Origin: an uncultured archaeon
GTDB lineage: Archaea; Thermoproteota; Bathyarchaeia; Bathyarchaeales; Bathycorpusculaceae
Direction of reading: 5' to 3'
DNA: 64,000 bases
Assembly: GCA_963810275.1 (NCBI GenBank)
Contig: CAWENF010000021.1
Span: forward strand, 160,001 to 224,000
The notes beneath the pieces were generated by a model that saw only the letters and a program-made list of their open reading frames with translations, did no database searches and was not told where the DNA came from. Below, in pieces: positions 22,467-32,516 of this stretch; the first letter of the stretch is position 1; each line of letters begins with the position of its first letter. Position numbers and translations under genes: made by a program.

Positions 22467-22616
22467 CTAAGCTGAATCCACAGAGCCTTCAGCCTTGGCT
22501 TTAAGAGCAAGGAGATCGGATTTGACTTTTTCGCGTTCCGCCTTTGCTTGCATTTCGACTTTTCGGATTAATGCAATGTAATCGTTTTCCAACTTTTCAC
22601 CAGACAAATTTCTCAC
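22467..22616 (-). CDS. Small charged helical ORF resembling ATP synthase subunit H/G
   Basis: VRNLSGEKLENDYIALIRKVEMQAKAEREKVKSDLLALKAKAEGSVDSA*; GGAG upstream; inside the atp cluster. Confidence 0.4.
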   Translation of the reverse strand: MRNLSGEKLENDYIALIRKVEMQAKAEREKVKSDLLALKAKAEGSVDSA

Positions 22617-22628
22617 TCCACAGACAAA

Positions 22629-23084
22629 CTATTTTATTATAAGCACAGGGCAAGGGCTGTACTCGATGACGCGTTCGGTCACGCTGCCGATCAAGATTCG
22701 TTCAGCGCCTCTGTGCCCGTAGGTTCCCATAACAACAAGATCCACATTGAAGCTTTTAGCTAAATTCACGATTTGCTCAAACGGTCTACCCCGTACTATC
22801 ATCGGAGTTGCCTTGACATTTTCCTTTTCAGCCAACCCTAAAGCGTAGTTTGTGTAACGTTCCCCATCCTTTTTCAACTCAGCTTCAATTGCTTTGCGGC
22901 TAGTCACCTTTGCAAACTGATCCATAACCACCTCGTCCACCACAAACACAAACAAAACTTCAGTGTTACGCGACTTTGCAATGCTTAATGCATATTCAGC
23001 AGCTCGTATGCTGTACTCGGAGCCGTCTGTTGGAACAAGGATTTTCTGGATGGTTTCGGAGCTAAACTTTCTCATTTGGTTCAT
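22629..23084 (-). CDS. Universal stress protein (UspA family)
   Basis: KILVPTDGS, DLVVMGTYG, IGSVTERVIEYSPCPVLII. Confidence 0.95.
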   Translation of the reverse strand: MNQMRKFSSETIQKILVPTDGSEYSIRAAEYALSIAKSRNTEVLFVFVVDEVVMDQFAKVTSRKAIEAELKKDGERYTNYALGLAEKENVKATPMIVRGRPFEQIVNLAKSFNVDLVVMGTYGHRGAERILIGSVTERVIEYSPCPVLIIK

Positions 23085-23718
23085 TCTCCATTTGCCTATT
23101 TTTAATCAAAGACTTAATTTTTTTTGTTCGAACAAACTCTTCACGATCCTTCTCCTCAAGCACGAGTTCTATCCACTTAGCAGTTTTGCGGTAACGGGGA
23201 ATAAGCACGTGATTAAGTGCGTTGACTCTACGTTGGGTTCGTCGGACATCGTTGGCGATTTGAAATGTAGTGCCTTCGGCTTTGGCGAGGTGACCAAGGA
23301 TTTCTATGACTTTGACAAAGTGTTTAAAGGAGTGGTCAAGTTCGGCGCTGGTGTTGGCAAACCCATAGTCCGGTTTTAGGTCTTTGTGCGCCTGAAAAGT
23401 GACTACGGGTACAGCCACGCCCATAATGCTGCGGTAGTCTATTAGATACTCGGCTTGGCGGTTGCTGGTCAAGGCGGTGTTGGCAATGGCTTCAGAGCCT
23501 TTAGCCAGGTTAGCCGTCTTTAAGCTGGCGTAGGCTTTGGCAAGTTCTTCAAGCAATTCTTGGCGAGTCCGTTCTGAATCAAACACGGCACTACGCAGTT
23601 CACGAAGCAGGATGTCGCGTTTGCGTTCCAGCACTTCCCGTCCCGACTCAGCCAAATTCAGCGTTTTTTTGGTCTGAATCAAATTGATTCGTGTCGGGCT
23701 TATGCTCTCCAAGGACAT
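23062..23718 (-). CDS. atpD: A/V-type ATP synthase subunit D
   Basis: SPTRINL, LERKRDIL, TQRRVNALNHVLIP, LEEKDREEFVR. Confidence 0.95.
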   Translation of the reverse strand: MSLESISPTRINLIQTKKTLNLAESGREVLERKRDILLRELRSAVFDSERTRQELLEELAKAYASLKTANLAKGSEAIANTALTSNRQAEYLIDYRSIMGVAVPVVTFQAHKDLKPDYGFANTSAELDHSFKHFVKVIEILGHLAKAEGTTFQIANDVRRTQRRVNALNHVLIPRYRKTAKWIELVLEEKDREEFVRTKKIKSLIKNRQMENEPNEKV

Positions 23719-23726
23719 AGTTTGCC

Positions 23727-25121
23727 TTAAACCTCAGTGTCTGTTTTTGGCAGATACTTCTGGATATACTCGGGTTTGATTGCGGTTAATTCTTCTTCAG
23801 GCAGGTCACTCAAGGCGTCCCATGCGATGTCTAGGGTTTGCTCGATGCTTCGATTCTCGTTTTTACCCTGATTGATAAGCGTCTTCTCAAAGCATTCGCC
23901 AAATCTGAGGTATTCTTTGTCGCGTACGCCTAAACCTTCCTCGCCGATAATTGTAACAAGAGATTTTACTGCGTTGTACTGCGCGTAAGCGCTATAAAGT
24001 TGGCTATAGACGTTTGCATGGTCTTCTCTTGTGCTTCCTTTGCCAATGCCATCCTTCATTAGTCTGGACAGGCTGGTGGTGATATAGATTGGTGGATAGA
24101 TGCCCTGTTTCTCCAGGCTGCGGCTCAAAACGATTTGCCCTTCGGTGATGTAGCCTGTCAAGTCGGGGATGGGGTGAGTTATGTCGTCGTTTGGCATTGT
24201 TAGAATCGGCATCTGAGTGATGCTGCCTTTTTTGCCGATGACTCTACCAGCGCGTTCATAGATATTTGCGAGGTCACTGTACATGTAGCCTGGGTAGCCT
24301 TTGCGACTGGGCACTTCCTCCATGGCTGAACTGACTTCCCTGAGTGCCTCGCAGTAGTTAGTCATATCCGTCATGAGAACCAGAACGTGGCTTTCTTGCT
24401 CAAACGCCAAATACTCAGCAAGCGTTAAACCTGCTCGAGGCGTGATTATACGCTCCACTGGAGGGTCATCAGCGAGGTTCAGGAACATGGCGACGTTTTT
24501 TATGGCACCTGTTTCTTCAAAGCTTTTCTTGAAAAACGCCGCGTCATCATGTTCTAAGCCCATGGCAATGAAGACAATATTGAAGTGTTCATCAGCATTG
24601 CGGATTTGGGCTTGCCGAACAATTTGCGCGGCTAACTCATTGTGGCTCAAACCGGGACCTGAAAAGACGGGGAGTTTTTGTCCTCTTACGAGGCTGGTTA
24701 AGCCGTCAATGGCTGAAATGCCTGTCTGAATGAAGTCTTTGGGGTACTCTCTGGCAGTCGGATTAATGGGGTAGCCGTTTACATCGCGTTTTTCTTCAGT
24801 GAAGAAGCGGGGATGTCCGTCGATGGGTTCGCCAAAGCTGTTCATAACGCGTCCGAGCATTTCGGTTGACACAGGTACTTCTAGGCCGTGGTTGAGGAAG
24901 CGGGTGCGGGTCTGCGACGGAGAAAGACCGGTTGTGCCTTCAAAAACTTGTATGGTGACTGCTTTCTGAGTGACCTGAATGACTTTACCCAGTCGAGTTT
25001 CACCCGTTTGTGTTTTGATAGAAACTAACTCATCATAGCCTACGTCTTTAACGTTCTCTACCACGATTATGGGACCGCTGATGGATGATAATCCCTTGTA
25101 TTCTAGGCTTGAACCTACCAT
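23727..25121 (-). CDS. atpB: A/V-type ATP synthase subunit B
   Basis: [48 protein letters not shown]. Confidence 0.97.
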   Translation of the reverse strand: MVGSSLEYKGLSSISGPIIVVENVKDVGYDELVSIKTQTGETRLGKVIQVTQKAVTIQVFEGTTGLSPSQTRTRFLNHGLEVPVSTEMLGRVMNSFGEPIDGHPRFFTEEKRDVNGYPINPTAREYPKDFIQTGISAIDGLTSLVRGQKLPVFSGPGLSHNELAAQIVRQAQIRNADEHFNIVFIAMGLEHDDAAFFKKSFEETGAIKNVAMFLNLADDPPVERIITPRAGLTLAEYLAFEQESHVLVLMTDMTNYCEALREVSSAMEEVPSRKGYPGYMYSDLANIYERAGRVIGKKGSITQMPILTMPNDDITHPIPDLTGYITEGQIVLSRSLEKQGIYPPIYITTSLSRLMKDGIGKGSTREDHANVYSQLYSAYAQYNAVKSLVTIIGEEGLGVRDKEYLRFGECFEKTLINQGKNENRSIEQTLDIAWDALSDLPEEELTAIKPEYIQKYLPKTDTEV

Positions 25122-25126
25122 AAGGT

Positions 25127-26896
25127 CTACCTCAGGGTTGCCTCCAACCGTTCAATTTCATTCTGCATCTTCACTTCGATATTGTCTAAGCGTTTTAGCT
25201 GGTCGTTTGGAATACTGCTTTTCATGCGCATGATGTCTTCGGTGACCGGTAACTCTGTTACTTTAAAGATTGGGGCGCCATTGCTGACAACTTCGTAGGC
25301 TAAGCGGTGAAAGTCCACGATGATTTTAAGCATCTTAAACTGCTTCTCCGGCGAACAATAAGTATCAACTGTGTCCAAAGCATTTTGTTGTAAAAATGCA
25401 ATGCGAATAATGCGGGCGGTCTCCAAGACGAGGCGCTGCTTGTCAGGTAACGCTTCGGGACCGACCAATTTAACGATGTTTTTTAGTTCGTCTTCTGCTT
25501 GAAGGATGCGCATTGCTTCTTCACGATAATGGTTCCAGCTTTCGTCCACGTTATGATGCCACCATCCTGAGAGTTCAGAGATGTAACCACTGTAGCTTGC
25601 CATCCAGTTGATACTGGGGTAATGGCGTGCGTCCGCAAGCTCCGCATCCAACGCCCAAAACACGCGTGTGAAGCGTTTAGTGTGTTGGGTGACGGGTTCT
25701 GAGAAATCACCACCGGGAGGGGAGACGGCACCTATGGCGCAGATTGAGCCGACTTGGGGGTTACTTCCTAAGGTTTCGACGACGCCTGTTCGCTCATAGA
25801 ATTCAGCTAACCTTGAGGGAAGATAACTCGGAAAGCCTTCTTCGGCAGGCATCTCTTCCAACCGACCAGAAACTTCGCGAAGGGCTTCTGCCCATCTGCT
25901 TGTGGAGTCAGCCATCAACGCCACTGCATAGCCCATGTCGCGGTAATACTCGGCAAGCGTTATGCCGGTGTAGATGCTTGCTTCACGGGCAGACACGGGC
26001 ATATTGCTTGTGTTAGCGACTAGAATTGTGCGCTCCATTAGGGGGTGCCCCGTGGTTGGGTCAAGCAGTTTAGGAAAACTATCCAGCACATCGACCATTT
26101 CGTTGCCGCGTTCGCCGCATCCCACATAAATGACTATGTTGGCGTTTGACCACTTAGCCAACTGCTGCTGCGTGACTGTTTTACCTGCCCCAAATGGTCC
26201 GGGGATGGCTGCAGATCCACCTTTGGCTATGGGAAAGAAGGTGTCGATGACGCGTTGCCCAGTGATTAAGGGGTCTGATGCGAAGAGGCGGCGTGTGTAG
26301 GGTCTGGGTTGCCGTACAGGCCAACGTTGAAGCATCCGTACATCAACTTTTTTACCGTCTACCTCCAAGGTGGCTATCGCGTCTGTTACAGTGTATTCAC
26401 CTTTGTTTACGATCTTAACGAGCTTTCCCTGAAGATTTATGGGAACCATAACTCGATGCTCGACTAAGTCAGTTTCTTTAACGGTGCCTAAAACGTCGCC
26501 GCCGATCAGTTTTGCTCCGACTTTGCAGACGGGGTTAAACGTCCATTTCTTGGTTCTAGATAAAGCAGTTACGTTGCGGGCTTGCTTGATGAATGCTCCT
26601 GTGAGTTCTTTTAGAGTTTCAAGCGGGCGCTGGATGCCGTCAAAAACGTTGCCCACCAAGCCTGGACCCAACTCGACGGAGAGCGGGCTGCCAGTGCCCA
26701 CAACAGGCTCGTTAAGTTTTAAACCCGAGGTGTTCTGGTAGACTTCGATGGTTGCGTGGTCGCCCTCTAAGCGGATAATTTCGCCGATCAAGCCGTCGTG
26801 ACCGACTTCAACCATCTCATGCATTACAACATCAGTTAGCCCCGTGGCTTCGACAACTGGACCTGCAACTCGGATAACTCTACCCTGAACCACCAT
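25127..26896 (-). CDS. atpA: A/V-type ATP synthase subunit A
   Basis: GPFGAGKT Walker [35 protein letters not shown]. Confidence 0.97.
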   Translation of the reverse strand: MVVQGRVIRVAGPVVEATGLTDVVMHEMVEVGHDGLIGEIIRLEGDHATIEVYQNTSGLKLNEPVVGTGSPLSVELGPGLVGNVFDGIQRPLETLKELTGAFIKQARNVTALSRTKKWTFNPVCKVGAKLIGGDVLGTVKETDLVEHRVMVPINLQGKLVKIVNKGEYTVTDAIATLEVDGKKVDVRMLQRWPVRQPRPYTRRLFASDPLITGQRVIDTFFPIAKGGSAAIPGPFGAGKTVTQQQLAKWSNANIVIYVGCGERGNEMVDVLDSFPKLLDPTTGHPLMERTILVANTSNMPVSAREASIYTGITLAEYYRDMGYAVALMADSTSRWAEALREVSGRLEEMPAEEGFPSYLPSRLAEFYERTGVVETLGSNPQVGSICAIGAVSPPGGDFSEPVTQHTKRFTRVFWALDAELADARHYPSINWMASYSGYISELSGWWHHNVDESWNHYREEAMRILQAEDELKNIVKLVGPEALPDKQRLVLETARIIRIAFLQQNALDTVDTYCSPEKQFKMLKIIVDFHRLAYEVVSNGAPIFKVTELPVTEDIMRMKSSIPNDQLKRLDNIEVKMQNEIERLEATLR

Positions 26897-27516
26897 CAGT
26901 TCTTGTCTCCAAAAAACAGCTTGGCGATCTCAACACGCAATTCAGGTTTAAGTTCTGCGAGGCGATTATCCAGTGTTCCATCAAATACGATTTTGCCGTC
27001 TGCACTATGCACCTTGCATCCTCCGATGAACTCTTGGGTTTGAGACGAAATCTCAAAGTCCGCACCAAGTTTTTTAGACGTAGCTTCAAGTTTATCCATG
27101 GTTAACCAGCCCTTATCTTTTGAGTTAACTTCCACAATGAGGGATTTCTGCTCCATCTTTTGAGCGATTGCCTCTATCGATTTAACAAGGTATGAGCGAT
27201 ACTTCGAGGTTTCTGTGAATTCTTTGAGTTTTTGGAGGGCTCCTTGAAAGGCTTCGGCGACGAGTTCTTCTTTGGTCTGCAACAGAAGGTTTCGAACATC
27301 CACTTCGGTGACGGAGGCAATTTTTCGCTTCTCCGCTTCCGCTTTAGCTTTAGCTTCCGAGATAAGGGTACGATAAATTTGGTCGGCTCCTTCTTTTGCA
27401 TTGCGCAGAGCTTCCTTTGCTTGGTTTTCTGCATCTAAAATGTCAGAGTCTGCTTCTTTCTGGACGTCGCCGATTACTTCGTCAGCTATAGCTGCGACAC
27501 CGGTTTTAGTGCTCAA
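26896..27516 (-). CDS. atpE: A/V-type ATP synthase subunit E
   Basis: Charged helical N-terminus, IGGC...DGTLDNRL C-terminus; operon position. Confidence 0.9.
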   Translation of the reverse strand: MSTKTGVAAIADEVIGDVQKEADSDILDAENQAKEALRNAKEGADQIYRTLISEAKAKAEAEKRKIASVTEVDVRNLLLQTKEELVAEAFQGALQKLKEFTETSKYRSYLVKSIEAIAQKMEQKSLIVEVNSKDKGWLTMDKLEATSKKLGADFEISSQTQEFIGGCKVHSADGKIVFDGTLDNRLAELKPELRVEIAKLFFGDKN

Positions 27517-27527
27517 TTTGGTTACCT

Positions 27528-27837
27528 CTAAAGTTTGATACCTAAGATTTTGCTTATTGTATCTGATATGGGGGTGCGATTTGAGGTTCCCCTACTGCCG
27601 GGAAGCTCCACGATTAGTGGGGTAACCCGTTCTTGGCGGATTCTGGTGATTTGTTCCTGCAGCGCTGGAGACGCCGCATATGTGTGCACTTATGACGATG
27701 ATGGCGATGTCTGTTTGGGTCAATGCTTTGTTTAGGGCTTGCTTTGCTTCTTCAGAGGAGGTTACTTCAGCTCCTTCGACCCCGACTAGCCTAAAGCCGG
27801 TGACCATATCGCTGTCGCCTATCACGTAACCAATCAT
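27528..27837 (-). CDS. atpF: A/V-type ATP synthase subunit F, one frameshift near 27685
   Basis: MIGYVIGDSDMVTGFRLVGV...DIAIIVIS, then in another frame EQITRIRQERVTPLIVELPG...ISKILGIKL*; 310 nt = 3n+1. Confidence 0.85.
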
Positions 27838-27892
27838 GCCAGCACCTAATATAACTTTAAATGCTTGGTAGGAGGAAAAATAACTGTTAAAA

Positions 27893-29908
27893 ATGTTGCG
27901 ACCCGAGAGAATGACGTCGACATCTATTGTATGTTTAAAAAAAGATGTCGAAGGCATGCTCGAAACGTTAAACACGTTTGGCGAGTTCCACATTGAGACG
28001 TCGCCTGAGGAAGAGGTAAGCCTTGCGGAGTATAACCTGATTATCCGTCAGCTAAAGGAACGCCTGCTTGACGTGGATGGGTTGATTAAGCAGCTTGTTG
28101 TGGAAAAAGGAAGTTTACTTAGCATTTTTAAGGCATCAGAGCCCAAAAAGCTGGCGGTTACAGCTGATAACTGGCAGATGCTGCTTGAAGAAACCAGCAT
28201 GAACATTTTAACATTTAAAAAACAAATCGAAAACCTCAACTCCGAACAAATAATCCTGAAAGAGAAAGCCGTAGAGCTAGAGCATCTTGAGAGGATGCTT
28301 GTCAACATGCAGAGCCTTAATGCTGACTTCGCCGACGCCGAAAACCTCAAGCTAATCTACGTTGGATTCGCAAGTTTGCCCACTAAAAGCTGCTCGCCCT
28401 TCGAAACTTCTATGGCAGGTCTGCCAATTTATTTTGATAGGTGCCACATCTGTGAGGAAGAATGCTTCATAGCCGTAGCCGCCCCCGCCAAATATCGTGA
28501 AGAGATCGAGCGGACACTGCGCACTTACCACGCAGACATCTTTCTCAGACCAGATGATTTGCCCCAAAACGTGGTTGTGGCCCTAAAAGAAGTGAAAAGC
28601 CGCTCAAAAGAGAATCAACGGCAACAAAAAGCCCTTGCTGAAGAAATTAAAAAGCTGGGCGAAGAAAACCGCGACAAATTGGTTTCTTTGAAGGAAACCG
28701 CCGAAAATGTTTTGGCGTTGCTTGAGGCGGAGAAGAAGATTTTGCAGTCAGGTAGGTTGGCAACTATTACGGGGTTTGTGCCTCAGAACCGGTTTGATGA
28801 GCTTAACCAAACGGTTATAGAGAAGATGGAGGGGAAGGCTTTGGTGCTCAAAAACGAACCAGACGATCACAAAATTGATGATCCTCCGACGAGGATTCTG
28901 CATAGCCGTTGGATAAAGCCTTTTGAGGAAATCACAAAGCTCTACGGACTGCCCAAATACTCCGAAATTGACCCTACTCCCTTCTTAGCGATTAGTTTCC
29001 CTATTTTGTTTGGGCTGATGTTTGGCGACTTGGGCCACGGTTTAGTGCTGTTGACAGGCGGCGGCATCCTTGGGATACTTATCAAGGGTAATCAAAGTGT
29101 GAAAAATGTGTGCTGGATTATGGCTGCCTGTGGCGCCGCAGCGTGCTTGGCAGGGTTGCTTTTCGGCGAATTCTTTGGGCTGGCAGTTTTCCCTCCGCTA
29201 TGGTTTAGTCCCTTTGAAGGTGAAAACGTATTCAACTTCCTGATTTTTAGCCTAGCCGTTGGAATAGTGCAAATCATGAGCGGCATCGCTATTGAACTGG
29301 CAAATTATGTTGTGAAACACGACTACGCCGATGCCCTCTTAACCGCTGTACCCCAGATGGCGTTCTACCTCGGAGGTATCTACCTAATCGCTATCTACCA
29401 GTTAGATTTTGGCGCATGGCTTGCTGGACCCATACTTTTCCCAGTTATCCCATTCGTCATCATGGTTACGGGTAAACCGCTTTACCTTATGGTGGCTAAG
29501 CCCAAAAACTACCATGTGGACCCTGAACACGCTGAAACGGAAACATTTGTAGGTAGACTTTTTGAAGGCGGAGACTTCTTCACGCGACTGCTCAGCAACA
29601 CTATAAGCTACAGCCGCATTTTGGCGCTTTTGATGGCGCACTGGGCGCTGCTTTTAGTGGTTTACCAAGTAGCCGAGCAAGTTACACCTTTGGGTACGCT
29701 GGGACTTGTTTTAGGAGGCATAATCATAGTCTTTGGCAACCTAGCCGTCATAGCGTTGGAGGGCTTAATCGTGTTTATCCACACACTGAGATTGCATTTT
29801 TATGAGTGGTTTAGCAAATTCTACGGCGGCACAGGAGCCGAGTTTAAACCGTTTAAGCAGAAATTCATTCACACCACACTGACCCTGAAAAAGAAAAAGC
29901 AGGATTAG
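27893..29908 (+). CDS. atpI: A/V-type ATP synthase subunit I (a)
   Basis: PPT, YGLPKYSEIDPT, FGLMFGDLGHG, NTISYSRILAL, HTLRLHFYEWFSKFY. Confidence 0.96.
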   Translation: MLRPERMTSTSIVCLKKDVEGMLETLNTFGEFHIETSPEEEVSLAEYNLIIRQLKERLLDVDGLIKQLVVEKGSLLSIFKASEPKKLAVTADNWQMLLEETSMNILTFKKQIENLNSEQIILKEKAVELEHLERMLVNMQSLNADFADAENLKLIYVGFASLPTKSCSPFETSMAGLPIYFDRCHICEEECFIAVAAPAKYREEIERTLRTYHADIFLRPDDLPQNVVVALKEVKSRSKENQRQQKALAEEIKKLGEENRDKLVSLKETAENVLALLEAEKKILQSGRLATITGFVPQNRFDELNQTVIEKMEGKALVLKNEPDDHKIDDPPTRILHSRWIKPFEEITKLYGLPKYSEIDPTPFLAISFPILFGLMFGDLGHGLVLLTGGGILGILIKGNQSVKNVCWIMAACGAAACLAGLLFGEFFGLAVFPPLWFSPFEGENVFNFLIFSLAVGIVQIMSGIAIELANYVVKHDYADALLTAVPQMAFYLGGIYLIAIYQLDFGAWLAGPILFPVIPFVIMVTGKPLYLMVAKPKNYHVDPEHAETETFVGRLFEGGDFFTRLLSNTISYSRILALLMAHWALLLVVYQVAEQVTPLGTLGLVLGGIIIVFGNLAVIALEGLIVFIHTLRLHFYEWFSKFYGGTGAEFKPFKQKFIHTTLTLKKKKQD

Positions 29909-30954
29909 AGCCAAAGCTGGTTCTGGATATCTTCAGATGTCATGCCTGCCTCAACGCCTAAGGTTGCGGCGACCAAGTTGTGGACTTCCGCCTCTTTTTG
30001 CGTGATAAAGCCCAAAGTGGAGGAAATATTGAAGACTTCTCGAATCTGCGTCTTATGTGCGTGCATCAGCAGTGCACGTTGGAATGCCTGTTCAGCGTTT
30101 GCCACTGTCTCCTCAGCGGTTTCGGCTAGCTCAAAGAACGCAGTATAGTGACTTCCCTTCACGATTTTAAAGGCAGTTGCGAAGTTGAGCGCCGTAATTA
30201 TGGCTTCCACTTCCTTAGTCAACTTAAAAGTCTCCTTAGGGACCGATAGACGCAACATGTTTGAGTCATAACCCAGATTTTTACCCCGCAGTAATGTAAG
30301 CAAAACAAAACTATCATTCCACATGCCAGCGTAGAAGGCAGCATGCGATTTCTCGGCTCTGGGAAGATGACTGTAAACTTTGTATAGCTGCTCGTAGAAG
30401 AAGGCGTCAGTGAATATGTCGATGGCTGTTGCGAAGCCTGTGCGCTCAAAACTTTTTAACCCCAAGCTAAGAGCCTCACCGTACTCGGTATCCTTAAAAA
30501 CTTGCACCGCATCTGCTAAGCTGGGGGCTTTGGAGGCTTCCTCCATCAAAGCATTGTGCTCGAAATACTTCGCTACGGGGGTGTAGATTCGGCCGAGACG
30601 CTGCTCAACGGGTAGTTTGGCGTTGGCGGCTCGAATTAGGGTTTTTATGTTTTCCAGTTCCAGCCGCTTAAGGTACAAGTCGAGGTACCGTACTGCTCTA
30701 GGCGGGGAATACTTTATAATTTTAAGATAGGTCTCGATAAGGTTCTCATTGAAGGAGCGCTCCATTTTTCGGCCCGTAATAGGCGACACGATACGGCTGA
30801 TTTGCTCTTGGTAAGGAGAATCCCGAAGTTGCCCCATCACCTCAGCGAGATTTTTAGCTTCACATAACGCTTTGATTTTTGCTTCAGACAAGAATTTGCT
30901 GCGTTCAGCACCGATTTTAGGAAGAACGGCAGCGTATTTAGTTGTCTGCATCAA
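29905..30954 (-). CDS. atpC: A/V-type ATP synthase subunit C (d)
   Basis: YAAVLPKIGAERSKFL, ELENIKTLIR, QKEAEVHNL. Confidence 0.88.
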   Translation of the reverse strand: MMQTTKYAAVLPKIGAERSKFLSEAKIKALCEAKNLAEVMGQLRDSPYQEQISRIVSPITGRKMERSFNENLIETYLKIIKYSPPRAVRYLDLYLKRLELENIKTLIRAANAKLPVEQRLGRIYTPVAKYFEHNALMEEASKAPSLADAVQVFKDTEYGEALSLGLKSFERTGFATAIDIFTDAFFYEQLYKVYSHLPRAEKSHAAFYAGMWNDSFVLLTLLRGKNLGYDSNMLRLSVPKETFKLTKEVEAIITALNFATAFKIVKGSHYTAFFELAETAEETVANAEQAFQRALLMHAHKTQIREVFNISSTLGFITQKEAEVHNLVAATLGVEAGMTSEDIQNQLWL

Positions 30955-31268
30955 AGGTTTTCCTCAAGCACGGCATCAACTATGACGTCCACGGCTTTAT
31001 CCATACGAGTCTTAGCTTGCGCTTTGAGTTTCTCAGCTTCACTGTCAGTTTCATCGAGCCGTTTTTGGCGAAGTTGGTTGGCTTCGGCTACGGCGGCGTC
31101 ATAGCGTTTTTTGGATTCTTCGGCGGCATAGGCTTTGCTGTTTTTAAGCAGGCTTTGGGCATCTTTTTGGGCTTGAACGATGATTTGGCGAGATTTTTCT
31201 TTGGCGTCGGATTGGATTTTTTCGGCTTGGGCTTCGATGCGTTTTAGTTCCTCCCACACCTTATGCAT
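30951..31268 (-). CDS. atpH: A/V-type ATP synthase subunit H (G)
   Basis: 105-aa charged helix ending MDKAVDVIV; overlaps subunit C start. Confidence 0.8.
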   Translation of the reverse strand: MHKVWEELKRIEAQAEKIQSDAKEKSRQIIVQAQKDAQSLLKNSKAYAAEESKKRYDAAVAEANQLRQKRLDETDSEAEKLKAQAKTRMDKAVDVIVDAVLEENL

Positions 31269-31362
31269 AGCTACTTACCTTGCACTATTTGGTTATGAAA
31301 GTATCATAAGACACTTACGGTAGCCACAGCCCACACGGGAGCCAAAACCTGAAAAGGAACTT

Positions 31363-32271
31363 TTAGACTAAGCTTTTTTGCTTGTATCCCATAACAGCGG
31401 CATACACCTTTTCAGGCGTGTACCCAGCGAAACTCAGCAGGTTAGCCGCCGCCGAATAAAGCAGCAGCAAGTACTTTTGGGCATCAGCGTTGACGCCTCG
31501 CTCGATTAACTGTCCCGCCTTCACCCTACGCATAAACCGCTTGTTATTTGCGTCGGTAAAAAGGAACCTCACGCTGGTACCCGCATGCACTTCCAGTCCC
31601 TGATTGGCAAGTTGCTGGGCGGCTATGACTTGACTGACCTGCTGGCGGTAACGTTTGGGTGGCTTAGACATGTGTTTGCTTATTATCAAATCAGATAAGG
31701 CAACTTCACCATAAAGTAGCTGTTGCCGGTAGTTGCGCACCACACCAATTGCCTCTGGAATAAGCTTGTGAACTTCTTTGGCGTCATTGGCTTCGGCTAA
31801 AATCTTAATCATATCTGTTTGAGCGTTGAAAATGAAGCGAGGTGTGTCACCTTTACTCACTTCTAGCCCGAGAACTTTGATTTTGCCGTTGTCCATTGCC
31901 CCCACATAGCGATTGAGAACACTAACCCGTGGATGAATGCGGGAAGACAAAAAAACTATCCACTTGTAGTGACCCTCAAAGTTGATGGGAATCCCCGTTT
32001 CTTCTGAAATAACCTCACAGAGCATGAGGTAATCCTTCAGTTTAGCATCACTTTTTTTGAGCCAAAGCGAATCCACGATGCCATGCATAACCTCAAAACC
32101 AGCTTCATCCGTCAAATGCGAAGCCCGAAGATAAGTCTCGCGGGCATATGCGCAGACACGGGACTTAAGATCACGGTGCAAAAGTACCAAAGTCCAGCGG
32201 CTGGGAGAGCTAAAGCTGACCGTTCGCTTGTGGCCCGACGACCCATGGAAGCTGCTCGAATAAAACCTCAC
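31363..32271 (-). pseudogene. C-terminal half of a family B DNA polymerase (PolB2-like)
   Basis: VCAYARE, HGIVDSLW (variant of YGDTDS), NRYVG, KVLGLE, DTPRFI; exonuclease domain and motifs A/B absent. Confidence 0.75.
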
Positions 32272-32516
32272 ACAAATCGTCTGTCAGAAGTGCGCAAGCA
32301 AAATAAAAAAGTAAACAGTTAACGTTTTTCTACCGCTCAGACCCCAGGCGGGATAACTTCGAATCCCCAGAGGTAGGAGGTTGAGTTTTTTTTGGTTCAT
32401 CAGCGAAGGAGTCAGTTATTTGATGAGTAACTGGGAGTTGAACCCAACACAAACCAACTTTTATATCATAACCCTTCCTAACAAACCCATCACCAACATC
32501 TAAAAAGGCGCCTGCA

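Noticed and set aside
22420-22469. Pyrrolysine read-through of the TAG in the small atp-cluster ORF
   Set aside because: The frame stays open for 14 more codons, but there are no pyl genes or other support in the window.
27592-27993. 133-aa ORF as full subunit F
   Set aside because: The N-terminal extension is antisense to atpI and the C-terminus is out of frame; the real gene is 27528-27837.
19671-29641. Numerous antisense ORFs overlapping the P-type ATPase and atp genes
   Set aside because: Shadow ORFs of strongly supported genes.
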